Of a stretch of 46,395 nt of DNA, positions 7,982-16,433 are shown piece after piece. The position numbers were made by a program, and so were the translations under genes. Origin of the DNA: an uncultured Dechloromonas sp. Its GTDB lineage: Bacteria > Pseudomonadota > Gammaproteobacteria > Burkholderiales > Rhodocyclaceae. Below the pieces are notes generated by a model that saw only the letters and a list, made by a program, of their open reading frames with translations, had not been told where the DNA came from and did not search any database. The DNA is taken from NCBI GenBank assembly GCA_964527745.1, contig CAZGPO010000001.1, positions 1 to 46,395 of the forward strand, given 5' to 3'. How positions within the stretch are numbered: the first letter of the stretch is position 1; each line of letters begins with the position of its first letter.

Positions 7982-9433
7982 ATGGAAATTTACTGGCTAC
8001 TCGGCATTCCGTTAATTGGTGGCATCTTTCTCAGTTTGTCGGGTTCGCGTCATCATGCTCCGGAAATCAATGCGTTTTTCAGCTTCCTGACCTTGCTGGT
8101 GTCCGCTTTCCTTACCTGGCGGGTCATCGAGCAGGGGCCGATGATGGTCGGGGATGGCTGGTTTTTCATTGACTCGTTCAATGTCTTTCTGGTTGCGCTG
8201 ACGGCATTCGTCGCCTTTACGACAACCCTCTTCTCGCGTCCTTACATGCGTATCGAGAAGGAACACGGCAAGCTCAACGACAAGCGGCTGCGCCTCTATC
8301 ACAGCAGCTATCAGATATTTATTGGTGCCATGTTGCTGGCGCTGACCACGAACAACATGGGTGTCCTGTGGGTGGCGATGGAGGCGGCGACGCTCGCCAC
8401 CGTATTACTGGTTTCGCTCTACCGCACGCCGGCGTCGCTCGAGGCGGCGTGGAAATACTTTATCTTGTGTGGTGTCGGCATCGCACTGGCCCTGTTCGGC
8501 ACCATCTTGCTCTATTTTGCGGCAGAGAAGATTCTCGGCGCGGGCGGCACCGCGTTGCAGTGGACGCATCTTGACAACGTCAAAAAACAACTCGAGCCCA
8601 CCGTCCTGTCGCTCGCCTTCGTCTTCCTGATCGTCGGTTATGGGACCAAGGTTGGTCTCGCACCGTTGCACAGCTGGCTCCCAGATGCCCATGCCGAGGG
8701 CCCGACACCTGTTTCTGCGGTACTTTCCGGATTGCTGCTCAATGTCGCGCTGTATGCGGTCCTGCGCTCCAAGGTGCTGGTCGATGGGGCGCTCGGGAAC
8801 GATATGGCGGGCAGGCTGATGATGGGTTTTGGTCTTTTCTCCGTGGTGCTGGCGGCTTTTCTGCTCAAGCGCCAGACCGATGCCAAGCGGATGTTCGCTT
8901 ACTCGTCGATCGAGCACATGGGGCTGATCACCTTTGCCTTCGGCATGGGCGGTCCGGTGGCGAACTTTGCGGCATTGCTGCACATGACCATGCATTCGCT
9001 GACAAAGTCCGCCATATTCTTCGCTGTCGGCCATGCGGCGCAGAAGGCCGGCAGCCAGGCGATGGCGGATATCCGCGGCTTGATCAAAACCAATCCCACC
9101 ATCGGCTGGGGCTTGATGCTCGGCACCATCGCCATTCTCGGTGTGCCGCCTTTCGGTGTGTTCGCCAGCGAGTTCCTCATCATCACGACCACCATGCACG
9201 AACATCCGTGGGCGACGCCATTCCTGCTGCTGTCGCTGGGTGTGGCGTTCGCGTCGATCTTTGGCAAGGTGCAGCCGATGGTGTTCGGTGAAACCGAACT
9301 ACCGAGACTGCCCTACCAGCCAGCGCTGGTCCCCGTGTTTCTGCACCTCGCCCTGGTGCTGATGATGGGTTTGTATATTCCGCCGTTCCTCGCTGCTTGG
9401 TACAAGCAGGCAGCGCAAATTCTCGGAGGCTGA
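7982..9433 (+). CDS. hyfF: HyfF antiporter-like subunit (NuoM/N family)
   Basis: WVAMEAATL, LEAAWKY, GYGTKVGLAPLHSWLPDAHAEGPTPVSAVLSG and KRMFAYSSIEHMG. Confidence 0.92.
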   Translation: MEIYWLLGIPLIGGIFLSLSGSRHHAPEINAFFSFLTLLVSAFLTWRVIEQGPMMVGDGWFFIDSFNVFLVALTAFVAFTTTLFSRPYMRIEKEHGKLNDKRLRLYHSSYQIFIGAMLLALTTNNMGVLWVAMEAATLATVLLVSLYRTPASLEAAWKYFILCGVGIALALFGTILLYFAAEKILGAGGTALQWTHLDNVKKQLEPTVLSLAFVFLIVGYGTKVGLAPLHSWLPDAHAEGPTPVSAVLSGLLLNVALYAVLRSKVLVDGALGNDMAGRLMMGFGLFSVVLAAFLLKRQTDAKRMFAYSSIEHMGLITFAFGMGGPVANFAALLHMTMHSLTKSAIFFAVGHAAQKAGSQAMADIRGLIKTNPTIGWGLMLGTIAILGVPPFGVFASEFLIITTTMHEHPWATPFLLLSLGVAFASIFGKVQPMVFGETELPRLPYQPALVPVFLHLALVLMMGLYIPPFLAAWYKQAAQILGG

Positions 9434-9434
9434 G

Positions 9435-10976
9435 GTGAAGATCGGCGACCACGACTGGCATCTTGAACCGCTCGGCAAGCATATCTGGCGCGGCCGGATG
9501 GAGGCTGGCCAACTGCTCGCACTGGCACGCTCAGTCAAGGGTGAGGGTGGGCAACTCAGCGCGCTGTGGGGGTCGGACGATCATCACCTAGGCGCTGGTT
9601 TCGCAATTCATCTGGCGTTCATGACCAGCGCCGGACTGGTCTGGGGCAGTTGCGCCCTGGCAGAGAATGTTGCGGTCTACCCGGATTTTGAACCAATTTT
9701 TCCACAAGCCGGCCGCATGCAGCGGGCCACTTTTGACCTTTTGGGAATCCGTGCCGAGAGCGCTGTCGACGAGCGCAAATGGTTGCGTCACGGCGCCTGG
9801 GCGGCGGATACATTTCCGTTGCGCAAGGGTTTCGATGACACCCAGCCGGCAACAAAGGAGGTCGATGAATACCCCTTCGTTCGCGTCGAAGGCGATGGGG
9901 TTCATGAGATTCCGGTTGGCCCTATCCATGCTGGCACGATAGAGCCAGGGCATTTTCGATTCTCGATCATCGGCGAGCGGGTTCTCCGGCTTGAACAGCG
10001 TCTCGGCTATACCCACAAAGGTATCGAGAAGCGCTTCGAGGGAATGAATATCGCTACCGGCGCCAAGCTCGCCGGGCGGGTTTCGGGCGATTCACACAGC
10101 GCATATGCATGGGCGTATAGCATGGCTGTGGAAAGTGCGTCGGCCAGCGAAGTTCCCGTGCGTGCGCTCTGGCTCCGTGCGCTGTTTCTCGAAATCGAGC
10201 GCGTCGCCAACCACTTGGGTGATCTTGGCTATCTCGGTAACGATGTTGCCCTGTCCTTCGGCTTCATTCAGTTCTGGCGCCTGAAGGAGGAGTGGCTGAG
10301 ACTGGCTGCCAAGCATTTCAGCCATCGCTACTTGTTCGACTGCATCGTGCCTGGTGGTGTGGCCGTGGATATCAGCGACAGCGGCAAGGCTGAGTTGACT
10401 GCCGAGGCTGGACGCATCGAACTGGAAGCGCGAGAACTCAAGGCCATCTACGATGACCAGGCGACCCTGCAGGAGCGTTTTGCCAATACCGGGGTTTGTT
10501 CGCCCGCATTGGCCTCGCGACTTGGTCTGACCGGACTGGCCGGGCGTGCCAGCGGACAGGCCCGGGATGCCCGCATCCAGTTTCCGCAGGCGCCGTACGA
10601 TCAGTGCAAGGTCAATATGGCTACGCATAGCCATGGTGACGTGCTGGCGCGTGCCGAAGTGCGTTTTGCCGAGTTGTTCGAGTCGCTGCGCCTGATTCGT
10701 GAATTGGTCAAAGCGATGCCGGAAGGCAAGATTTTTGTGCCACTCAATCGGGTTGAAAAGGTATGCGAAGGACTGGGCTGGGTCGAGGGGTGGCGCGGTG
10801 AGGTGCTGGTGGCGGTAAGGATCGGTGCTGATGGCAAGCTCGACCGTGTGCATCCGCACGATCCGTCGTGGCAAAACTGGCCTTTGCTGGAGGTCGGCAT
10901 GCTCGGCAACATCGTTCCCGACTTCCCACTGATCAACAAGTCGTTCAATTTGAGTTACAGCGGACCGGACCTATAG
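9435..10976 (+). CDS. HyfG/HycE-like large subunit (NuoC+NuoD fusion) lacking NiFe ligands (EhrL); not a functional hydrogenase
   Basis: NuoC-like RATFDLLGI...FPLRK and VGPIHAGTIEPGHFRF...YTHKGIEK. The L1 RxCxxC motif is replaced by RVSGDS and the L2 DPCxxC motif by NLSYSG. There is no cleavable C-terminal extension. Confidence 0.9.
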   Translation: MKIGDHDWHLEPLGKHIWRGRMEAGQLLALARSVKGEGGQLSALWGSDDHHLGAGFAIHLAFMTSAGLVWGSCALAENVAVYPDFEPIFPQAGRMQRATFDLLGIRAESAVDERKWLRHGAWAADTFPLRKGFDDTQPATKEVDEYPFVRVEGDGVHEIPVGPIHAGTIEPGHFRFSIIGERVLRLEQRLGYTHKGIEKRFEGMNIATGAKLAGRVSGDSHSAYAWAYSMAVESASASEVPVRALWLRALFLEIERVANHLGDLGYLGNDVALSFGFIQFWRLKEEWLRLAAKHFSHRYLFDCIVPGGVAVDISDSGKAELTAEAGRIELEARELKAIYDDQATLQERFANTGVCSPALASRLGLTGLAGRASGQARDARIQFPQAPYDQCKVNMATHSHGDVLARAEVRFAELFESLRLIRELVKAMPEGKIFVPLNRVEKVCEGLGWVEGWRGEVLVAVRIGADGKLDRVHPHDPSWQNWPLLEVGMLGNIVPDFPLINKSFNLSYSGPDL

Positions 10977-10977
10977 C

Positions 10978-11499
10978 ATGGCGACCCATCTGATCCTGCA
11001 AAAGATGTTCAAGACCGGCATCGTCTCCGAGCCCGCACCGCCTGCCGATCCGGAACTGTGCACCCGTGAGCAGGATTTGCATGGAGAAATCGTCAGGGTG
11101 TTTGGTCAAGCCGTGGCAATTCGCCATGTCGATGCCGGTTCCTGTAATGGCTGCGAACTGGAAATCCACGCGCTGAACGGCCCGCATTACAACATTGAGG
11201 GGCTCGGTGTGAAGTTTGTCGCCAGCCCCAGGCATGCGGACCTCCTGCTGGTTACCGGACCCGTTTCGCGCAATCTCGAGGTTGCACTTGGGCGTACCTA
11301 CGATGCGACGCCGGAGCCCAAGTGGGTGGTTGCGGTCGGTGACTGTGGCTGTAGCGGCGGCATGTTCGGTGAAAGCTATGCATCGTCCGGCAAGGTTTCC
11401 AACGTGATCCCTGTTGATGTCGAAGTGCCGGGCTGTCCGCCGACACCTGTCTCTTTGCTGCAGGGAATCCTGGCAGCCGTCAGCAAAGAGCGAAAGTAG
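10978..11499 (+). CDS. HyfI/HycG (NuoB-like) [4Fe-4S] small subunit (EhrS)
   Basis: GSCNGCELE, SPRHAD, VGDCG and VPGCPP. All four cluster cysteines are present. Confidence 0.9.
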   Translation: MATHLILQKMFKTGIVSEPAPPADPELCTREQDLHGEIVRVFGQAVAIRHVDAGSCNGCELEIHALNGPHYNIEGLGVKFVASPRHADLLLVTGPVSRNLEVALGRTYDATPEPKWVVAVGDCGCSGGMFGESYASSGKVSNVIPVDVEVPGCPPTPVSLLQGILAAVSKERK

Positions 11500-11531
11500 C
11501 CATCCTCGCGGCGCTGCCGTGATGCGACTGC

Positions 11532-12503
11532 CTAACCGATGGTCTGATAGTAGAGGTTCTGCGGGTGGTTGGCTTGCGCAAAGAAAAACCAGCGCTCCGC
11601 CAGCAATCCAATGTATTGCAGCGCGAATACGATCCCGAGCAGCACGGGGTTGGTGGCAAACGAAGCCAACAACAGAAGCGGCAAAACGAAGGCCAAAATC
11701 AGGAATGTTGGCTTGATTGTGCGCAGGAAAGATTCGCTCTTGCCATGGAAAAACTCGCGCGTGTTGAACGTGCCGCCCATCGATCCCATCGAGCGCTGAA
11801 CGATGTACGGGTGCTTGACGCCAATGGCGGTCTGCATCGTTGATTTCGGTTTGAGACGAGCGTTGCGCGCCAGCGATGCACTGCGTCCGGCAAGGGCAAG
11901 GAAGGTAATGATGGCTGCCCAGCTGACAAAGAAATTGGCTTGTGACGGTGCGGCCGATGCCGCGTAGAACGCTGCTAGGGAAAACCCGGATGCACCTCCC
12001 ATCAGGATGTAGTTGATCACCGTCAGCGGTGAATTCCATTCGCGCAGGAAGCGTAGGCAGGCGTAGATCATTGCCGTGCAGACGAACAGCGCAAAAGCCA
12101 GCAGCGTACCGACAATGCCAAGCACGACAGAGAGGTCGATCACGAGACCGCTCGGCAAGGTCACGATTTCCGGGCGGAATCCGGCCAGGTGCGATAGACC
12201 ATAAAAGAAGACGAACGCCATGAAGGCGGGCAGGACGATCACTTCGCGCGACAGCCAGGAGGTCCGCCATTGGGTGGCCGCACGCCAGGCGCGTTCAGGT
12301 CGTCCCAAATGAAAGAACGATGCGATCAGTCCTCCGACCAATAACAACAGGGCCAATGCACTGCCGTAACCGTAAAATGCGTCCGACTGCAAAGGCAGAA
12401 GCCCGAACAATGCATACGACTGGTGGGTGAACAGGGCGAGAAACAGGCCCTGCCCGGCGCCGATGAGGGTGGTCAGAAAAATGACGGAAAAAGCTGGTTT
12501 CAT
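11532..12503 (-). CDS. soeC: Sulfite:quinone dehydrogenase membrane anchor SoeC (DmsC family)
   Basis: MKPAFSVIFLTTLIGAGQG, SFFHLGRPERAWRA...SWLSRE and ERWFFFAQANHPQNLYY. Start revised to the ATG at 12503. Confidence 0.9.
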   Translation of the reverse strand: MKPAFSVIFLTTLIGAGQGLFLALFTHQSYALFGLLPLQSDAFYGYGSALALLLLVGGLIASFFHLGRPERAWRAATQWRTSWLSREVIVLPAFMAFVFFYGLSHLAGFRPEIVTLPSGLVIDLSVVLGIVGTLLAFALFVCTAMIYACLRFLREWNSPLTVINYILMGGASGFSLAAFYAASAAPSQANFFVSWAAIITFLALAGRSASLARNARLKPKSTMQTAIGVKHPYIVQRSMGSMGGTFNTREFFHGKSESFLRTIKPTFLILAFVLPLLLLASFATNPVLLGIVFALQYIGLLAERWFFFAQANHPQNLYYQTIG

Positions 12504-12531
12504 AATGCGCTGTTCTTCAGAGGTATTGTCA

Positions 12532-13263
12532 TCACCACGCGGAAACGTCGTCCATCGACGAATCGCCCTTGCCTGGCTTGGGTAGCTGTCCGTCCACCTT
12601 GAGCGGATTGTCGGCGCGTTCCAGTTCATCTTTGTGGATCTTGAGCTTGGTCTTGCGACGCGGCAGATAATGGTTTGCCGGGTGAGTCCCCCATTCCGGC
12701 ATCAGTGCGTAGCCACCCTCTTCGCGGATTGCCAGCGACACCTCGGATTCCGGATCGTGGATATCGCCGAACAGGCGTGCGCTGGTCGGGCAGGCCTTGA
12801 CGCATGACGGCTTGCGGTCGATCTCGGCCAGCGACTGGTCGTAGATTCGATCCACGCACAAGGTGCATTTCTTCATGACCTTCTGCTTTTCGTCGAACTC
12901 CCGCGCACCGTATGGGCATGCCCACGAGCAATATTTGCAGCCAATACATTTATCGTAATCGACGAGCACGATACCGTCTTCCTTGCGCTTGTAGGAAGCA
13001 CCTGTCGGACAAACCGGAACGCAGGGCGGATCTTCGCAATGCAGGCATGATTTCGGGAAGTGCAGCGTCTCGCTGTTCGGATACTTCCCCATCTCGAAGG
13101 TCTGCACGCGGTTGAAGAAGGTCCCGGTCGGATCGGCGTCATAGGGGCGCTCGTCGAAAAGCGGTCCGGCCGAGCCCGAGGTATTCCATTCCTTGCAACT
13201 GGTCACGCAGGCATGGCAGCCGACGCATACATTGAGATCGATAACCAAGGCGAGCTGTGTCAT
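12532..13263 (-). CDS. soeB: SoeB 4Fe-4S dicluster subunit
   Basis: IDLNVCVGCHACVTSCK, SCLHCEDPPCVPVCP, CIGCKYCSWACPY and KCTLC...CVKACP. Start revised to the ATG at 13263. Confidence 0.92.
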   Translation of the reverse strand: MTQLALVIDLNVCVGCHACVTSCKEWNTSGSAGPLFDERPYDADPTGTFFNRVQTFEMGKYPNSETLHFPKSCLHCEDPPCVPVCPTGASYKRKEDGIVLVDYDKCIGCKYCSWACPYGAREFDEKQKVMKKCTLCVDRIYDQSLAEIDRKPSCVKACPTSARLFGDIHDPESEVSLAIREEGGYALMPEWGTHPANHYLPRRKTKLKIHKDELERADNPLKVDGQLPKPGKGDSSMDDVSAW

Positions 13264-13297
13264 GGCGAGCCTTTCAATTTGCGATATCCGCGGCTGT

Positions 13298-16210
13298 TCA
13301 TTGCGCACCGCCATTTCTCTTGCTGCCGCCAAGATACGTCAGCCAGCTTGGGCGTTTGCTCATGCCGGGGAATTTCTTCATGGGTTCAAACTGCGGAGCG
13401 GTCTGCTCCGGTTCGTTCTCCCCTGCCTTGTAGATACGAACACGCACGTCGTACCAAGCGGCTTGCCCGGTAATTGGATCGGAGTTGGAGTAGCGTTTGC
13501 CATCCGCTTGCGGCGGCAATTCCTCAGAGATCACATGGTTCATCAGGAAACCCTTTTGCGATTCGTTGGCTTCTGGCGACAGATTCCACGCGCCAGCAGC
13601 CTTACCGATGGCATTCCAGGTCCATACCGTGCCGGGTTCCAGCGATTCACTGTAGCGCGCCATACAGCGCACCTTGCCCCATTGTGATTCGACCCAGATC
13701 CAGTCGCCATCGGCAATGCCTGCCGCCTTGGCGGTGCGGGCGTTAACGTAGAGATAGTTGTGGGCGTGTATCTGGCGTAGCCATGCGTTCTGAGAATCCC
13801 AAGAGTGATACATCGCCATCGGGCGTTGAGTCAGTGCTGACAGCGGATATTTTTGTTTATCGCAAGTTTGTGCTTCCAGAGGCTCGTAGTAGAACGGTAG
13901 CGGATCAAAATAGGTTTCGACGCGTTTTGCCAGAGCGGCGGGAGGCTGGCGCGAAATGCTCTTGCCCTGCGCGGCAAGGCGAAATTTTTGCAGCACTTCG
14001 GAATAGAGGTGAATCAGTATCGGTTCGGCGTAACGCGTGATGCCACTGCGTTGCGACCATTCGAGATAACCCTTGTTCCAGTTGCGCATGAACTGGTATG
14101 AGCGCGGCAGCTCGTGATGGTAGACGCAGTCATTTTTGGCGTACATCTCCCACTGGTTGGGGTTCGGTTCGCCTCGGATCGATTTTTCGCCACCCTTGCC
14201 GCGCCAGCCGGAGAGAAAGCCGATGCCGGAACCGGGGGCGGTTTCCCAGTTGACGATGAAGTCCGGGTAGTCGCGATACTTGCGTTGCCCATTATGGTTG
14301 ACGAAGGCTGGCAACTTCAGGCGTGTTCCGAGTTCGATCAGGACTTCCTGGAACGGTTTGCACTCGCCGGTCGGCGGTACCACCGGGATGCGAACCGAAT
14401 CCACAGGACCGTCGAATTCAGAAATCGGACGGTCGAGCATCGACATCACGTCGTGACGTTCGAGATAGGTTGTATCCGGCAGAATCAAATCTGCGAAGCC
14501 CGTCGTCTCGGAGTGAAACGCATCGCAGACCACGATGAACGGAATCTTGTACCCGCCGTCTTCTTCCTTGTCGACCAGCATCTTGCGAACTTCGCTGGTG
14601 TTCATGCTCGAATTCCAGGCCATGTTGGCCATGAACAGCAGTAGGGTGTCGATTTTGTAGGGATCGCCGCGCCAGGCGTTGGTGATGACATTGTGCATCA
14701 GGCCATGGACCGACAGCGGGTATTCCCATGAGAATGCCTTGTCGATGCGGACCGGGCTGCCGTCTGCATTGACGAACAGGTCATCAGGGTCGGAAGGCCA
14801 GCCTAGCGCCATGCCGTCCAACGGTGAGTTCGGCTGCACGGCACGGGGGTCATTCGGCGTCCGGGCGCAGGGCGGAATCGGGCGCGGGAACGGCGGCTTG
14901 TGCCGGAAACCGCCGGGGCGGTCGATGGTGCCCAGCAGCGTCATCAGGATGGACAATGCACGGATGGTCTGGAAACCGTTGGAATGCGCTGCCAATCCAC
15001 GCATTGCGTGGAACGAAACCGGATTGCCGACCACTGAGTCGTACTCCTTGCCCCACGAGTCGGTCCAGGCGATTGGCAATTCGATTTTATGGTCGCGTGC
15101 GGTGATACCCATTTCATGCGCAAGGCGGCGGATCGTCTCGGCGGAAATGCCGGTAATCTGTTCCGCCCATTCCGGGGTGTAATCCTTGACGCGTTCCTGC
15201 AGTAACTGAAATGCGGGTTTGACGGCCGTGCCGTCGGAAAGCACGAATTCGCCAAGCAGGTAGGGGTCGGCGCCTTCGCTGTGAGTGATCACTGCCCGGT
15301 TGGAATTGCGATCCCACCACAACTTGTTCTGCGGATCGTAGCAACCTTCTTCCTTGGCGACTTCAGTACGCACGAACATGCCGAACTCGTCATGTTTTTC
15401 GTCGAGATTTACCAGTTGACCTGAGTTGGTGTAGCGCACCAGGAATTCACGGTCGTACAGTCCGAGCGAAATAATTTCGTGGATCAACGCCAACATCAAC
15501 GCGCCGTCGGTTCCCGGACGGATCGGTACCCATTCATCGGCGATGGCGGAATAACCGGTACGTACCGGGTTGATGGAAATAAATCGTCCGCCTTCGCGCT
15601 TGAACTTGGACAGGGCGATCTTCATCGGATTGGAGTGGTGATCTTCTGCCGTGCCAATCATGATGAACAGTTTTGAACGCTCCAGATCGGGGCCGCCGAA
15701 TTCCCAGAACGAGCCACCAATCGTATAGATCATGCCTGCCGCAAGGTTAACCGAACAGAAACCACCGTGGGCCGCATAGTTAGGGGTGCCGAACTGGCGT
15801 GCAAACAGGCCGGTCAGCGCCTGCATCTGATCGCGCCCCGTAAATAATGCAAATTTTTTCGGATCGCTGGCACGTAGGGAACCCAGGCGTTCGGTGAGGA
15901 TGGAGAAAGTCTCTTCCCAGCTGATTTCCTCGAACTCGCCCGCACCGCGATCGCTCCCTTCCTTGCGGCGCAATGGCTTGGTCAGGCGCGCGGGAGAATA
16001 CTGCTTCATGATGCCGGACGAGCCCTTGGCGCAGATGACGCCGTTGTTCAACGGGTGGTCCGGATTGCCGTCGATATAGCGCACCTCGCCATTGCGAAGA
16101 TGGACGCGAATGCCGCAGCGACATGCGCACATGTAACAGGTGGTTGTCTTGATCTCGATCTCCGCGTCGGGTAGCGGAGATGTGAATGGATCGTGTATCG
16201 GAGGGGACAT
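13298..16210 (-). CDS. soeA: SoeA molybdopterin catalytic subunit (cytoplasmic, no Tat signal)
   Basis: TTCYMCACRCGI...ICAKG FeS0 motif, FTGRDQMQAL, AAHGGFCSVN and MYHSWDSQNAWLRQI. Start is probably the ATG at 16210. Confidence 0.92.
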   Translation of the reverse strand: MSPPIHDPFTSPLPDAEIEIKTTTCYMCACRCGIRVHLRNGEVRYIDGNPDHPLNNGVICAKGSSGIMKQYSPARLTKPLRRKEGSDRGAGEFEEISWEETFSILTERLGSLRASDPKKFALFTGRDQMQALTGLFARQFGTPNYAAHGGFCSVNLAAGMIYTIGGSFWEFGGPDLERSKLFIMIGTAEDHHSNPMKIALSKFKREGGRFISINPVRTGYSAIADEWVPIRPGTDGALMLALIHEIISLGLYDREFLVRYTNSGQLVNLDEKHDEFGMFVRTEVAKEEGCYDPQNKLWWDRNSNRAVITHSEGADPYLLGEFVLSDGTAVKPAFQLLQERVKDYTPEWAEQITGISAETIRRLAHEMGITARDHKIELPIAWTDSWGKEYDSVVGNPVSFHAMRGLAAHSNGFQTIRALSILMTLLGTIDRPGGFRHKPPFPRPIPPCARTPNDPRAVQPNSPLDGMALGWPSDPDDLFVNADGSPVRIDKAFSWEYPLSVHGLMHNVITNAWRGDPYKIDTLLLFMANMAWNSSMNTSEVRKMLVDKEEDGGYKIPFIVVCDAFHSETTGFADLILPDTTYLERHDVMSMLDRPISEFDGPVDSVRIPVVPPTGECKPFQEVLIELGTRLKLPAFVNHNGQRKYRDYPDFIVNWETAPGSGIGFLSGWRGKGGEKSIRGEPNPNQWEMYAKNDCVYHHELPRSYQFMRNWNKGYLEWSQRSGITRYAEPILIHLYSEVLQKFRLAAQGKSISRQPPAALAKRVETYFDPLPFYYEPLEAQTCDKQKYPLSALTQRPMAMYHSWDSQNAWLRQIHAHNYLYVNARTAKAAGIADGDWIWVESQWGKVRCMARYSESLEPGTVWTWNAIGKAAGAWNLSPEANESQKGFLMNHVISEELPPQADGKRYSNSDPITGQAAWYDVRVRIYKAGENEPEQTAPQFEPMKKFPGMSKRPSWLTYLGGSKRNGGAQ

Positions 16211-16324
16211 ATTCGTTTTCTGGGTTGGTGTTGCGACACAGGCTCGCAAGACGGCAGGCGTAGCGCAAACAATTCGCTAACTAAGCATTAAACTAAATAC
16301 AAATTGAGGATGTCTATAGCCTTA

Positions 16325-16362
16325 TTGGGGAAGAGTGGGTATAACCCCAATGGGCGTGGGTA
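16325..16362. promoter_or_regulatory. Tandem TACCCAC heptamers (NarL-family-like) in the divergent soeA/kinase spacer
   Basis: GTGGGTA at 16335-16341 and 16356-16362 (21-bp period). Its reverse complement TACCCAC is 6/7 to the NarL TACYYMT heptamer. Confidence 0.4.
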
Positions 16363-16433
16363 TTCCTGTTTTGTTGTTAGGTTGTTGATATTTATATGGA
16401 TTTGACTTAACCTCAAAATCCTTTTCACGAAGA

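Noticed and set aside
9435-10976. A second functional [NiFe]-hydrogenase or formate hydrogenlyase
   Set aside because: All four Ni-ligating Cys are absent, and there is no maturation tail or adjacent fdhF.
9435-10976. MBS/MBX-type sulfane sulfur reductase
   Set aside because: MBS keeps one Cys from each motif, and none remain here.
13298-16210. Periplasmic DMSO/polysulfide/tetrathionate reductase
   Set aside because: There is no Tat signal, and the motifs of all three subunits match SoeABC.
16402-16416. FNR box upstream of the kinase
   Set aside because: TTGA-N7-TCAA is one base too long for FNR, and the inner bases do not fit.
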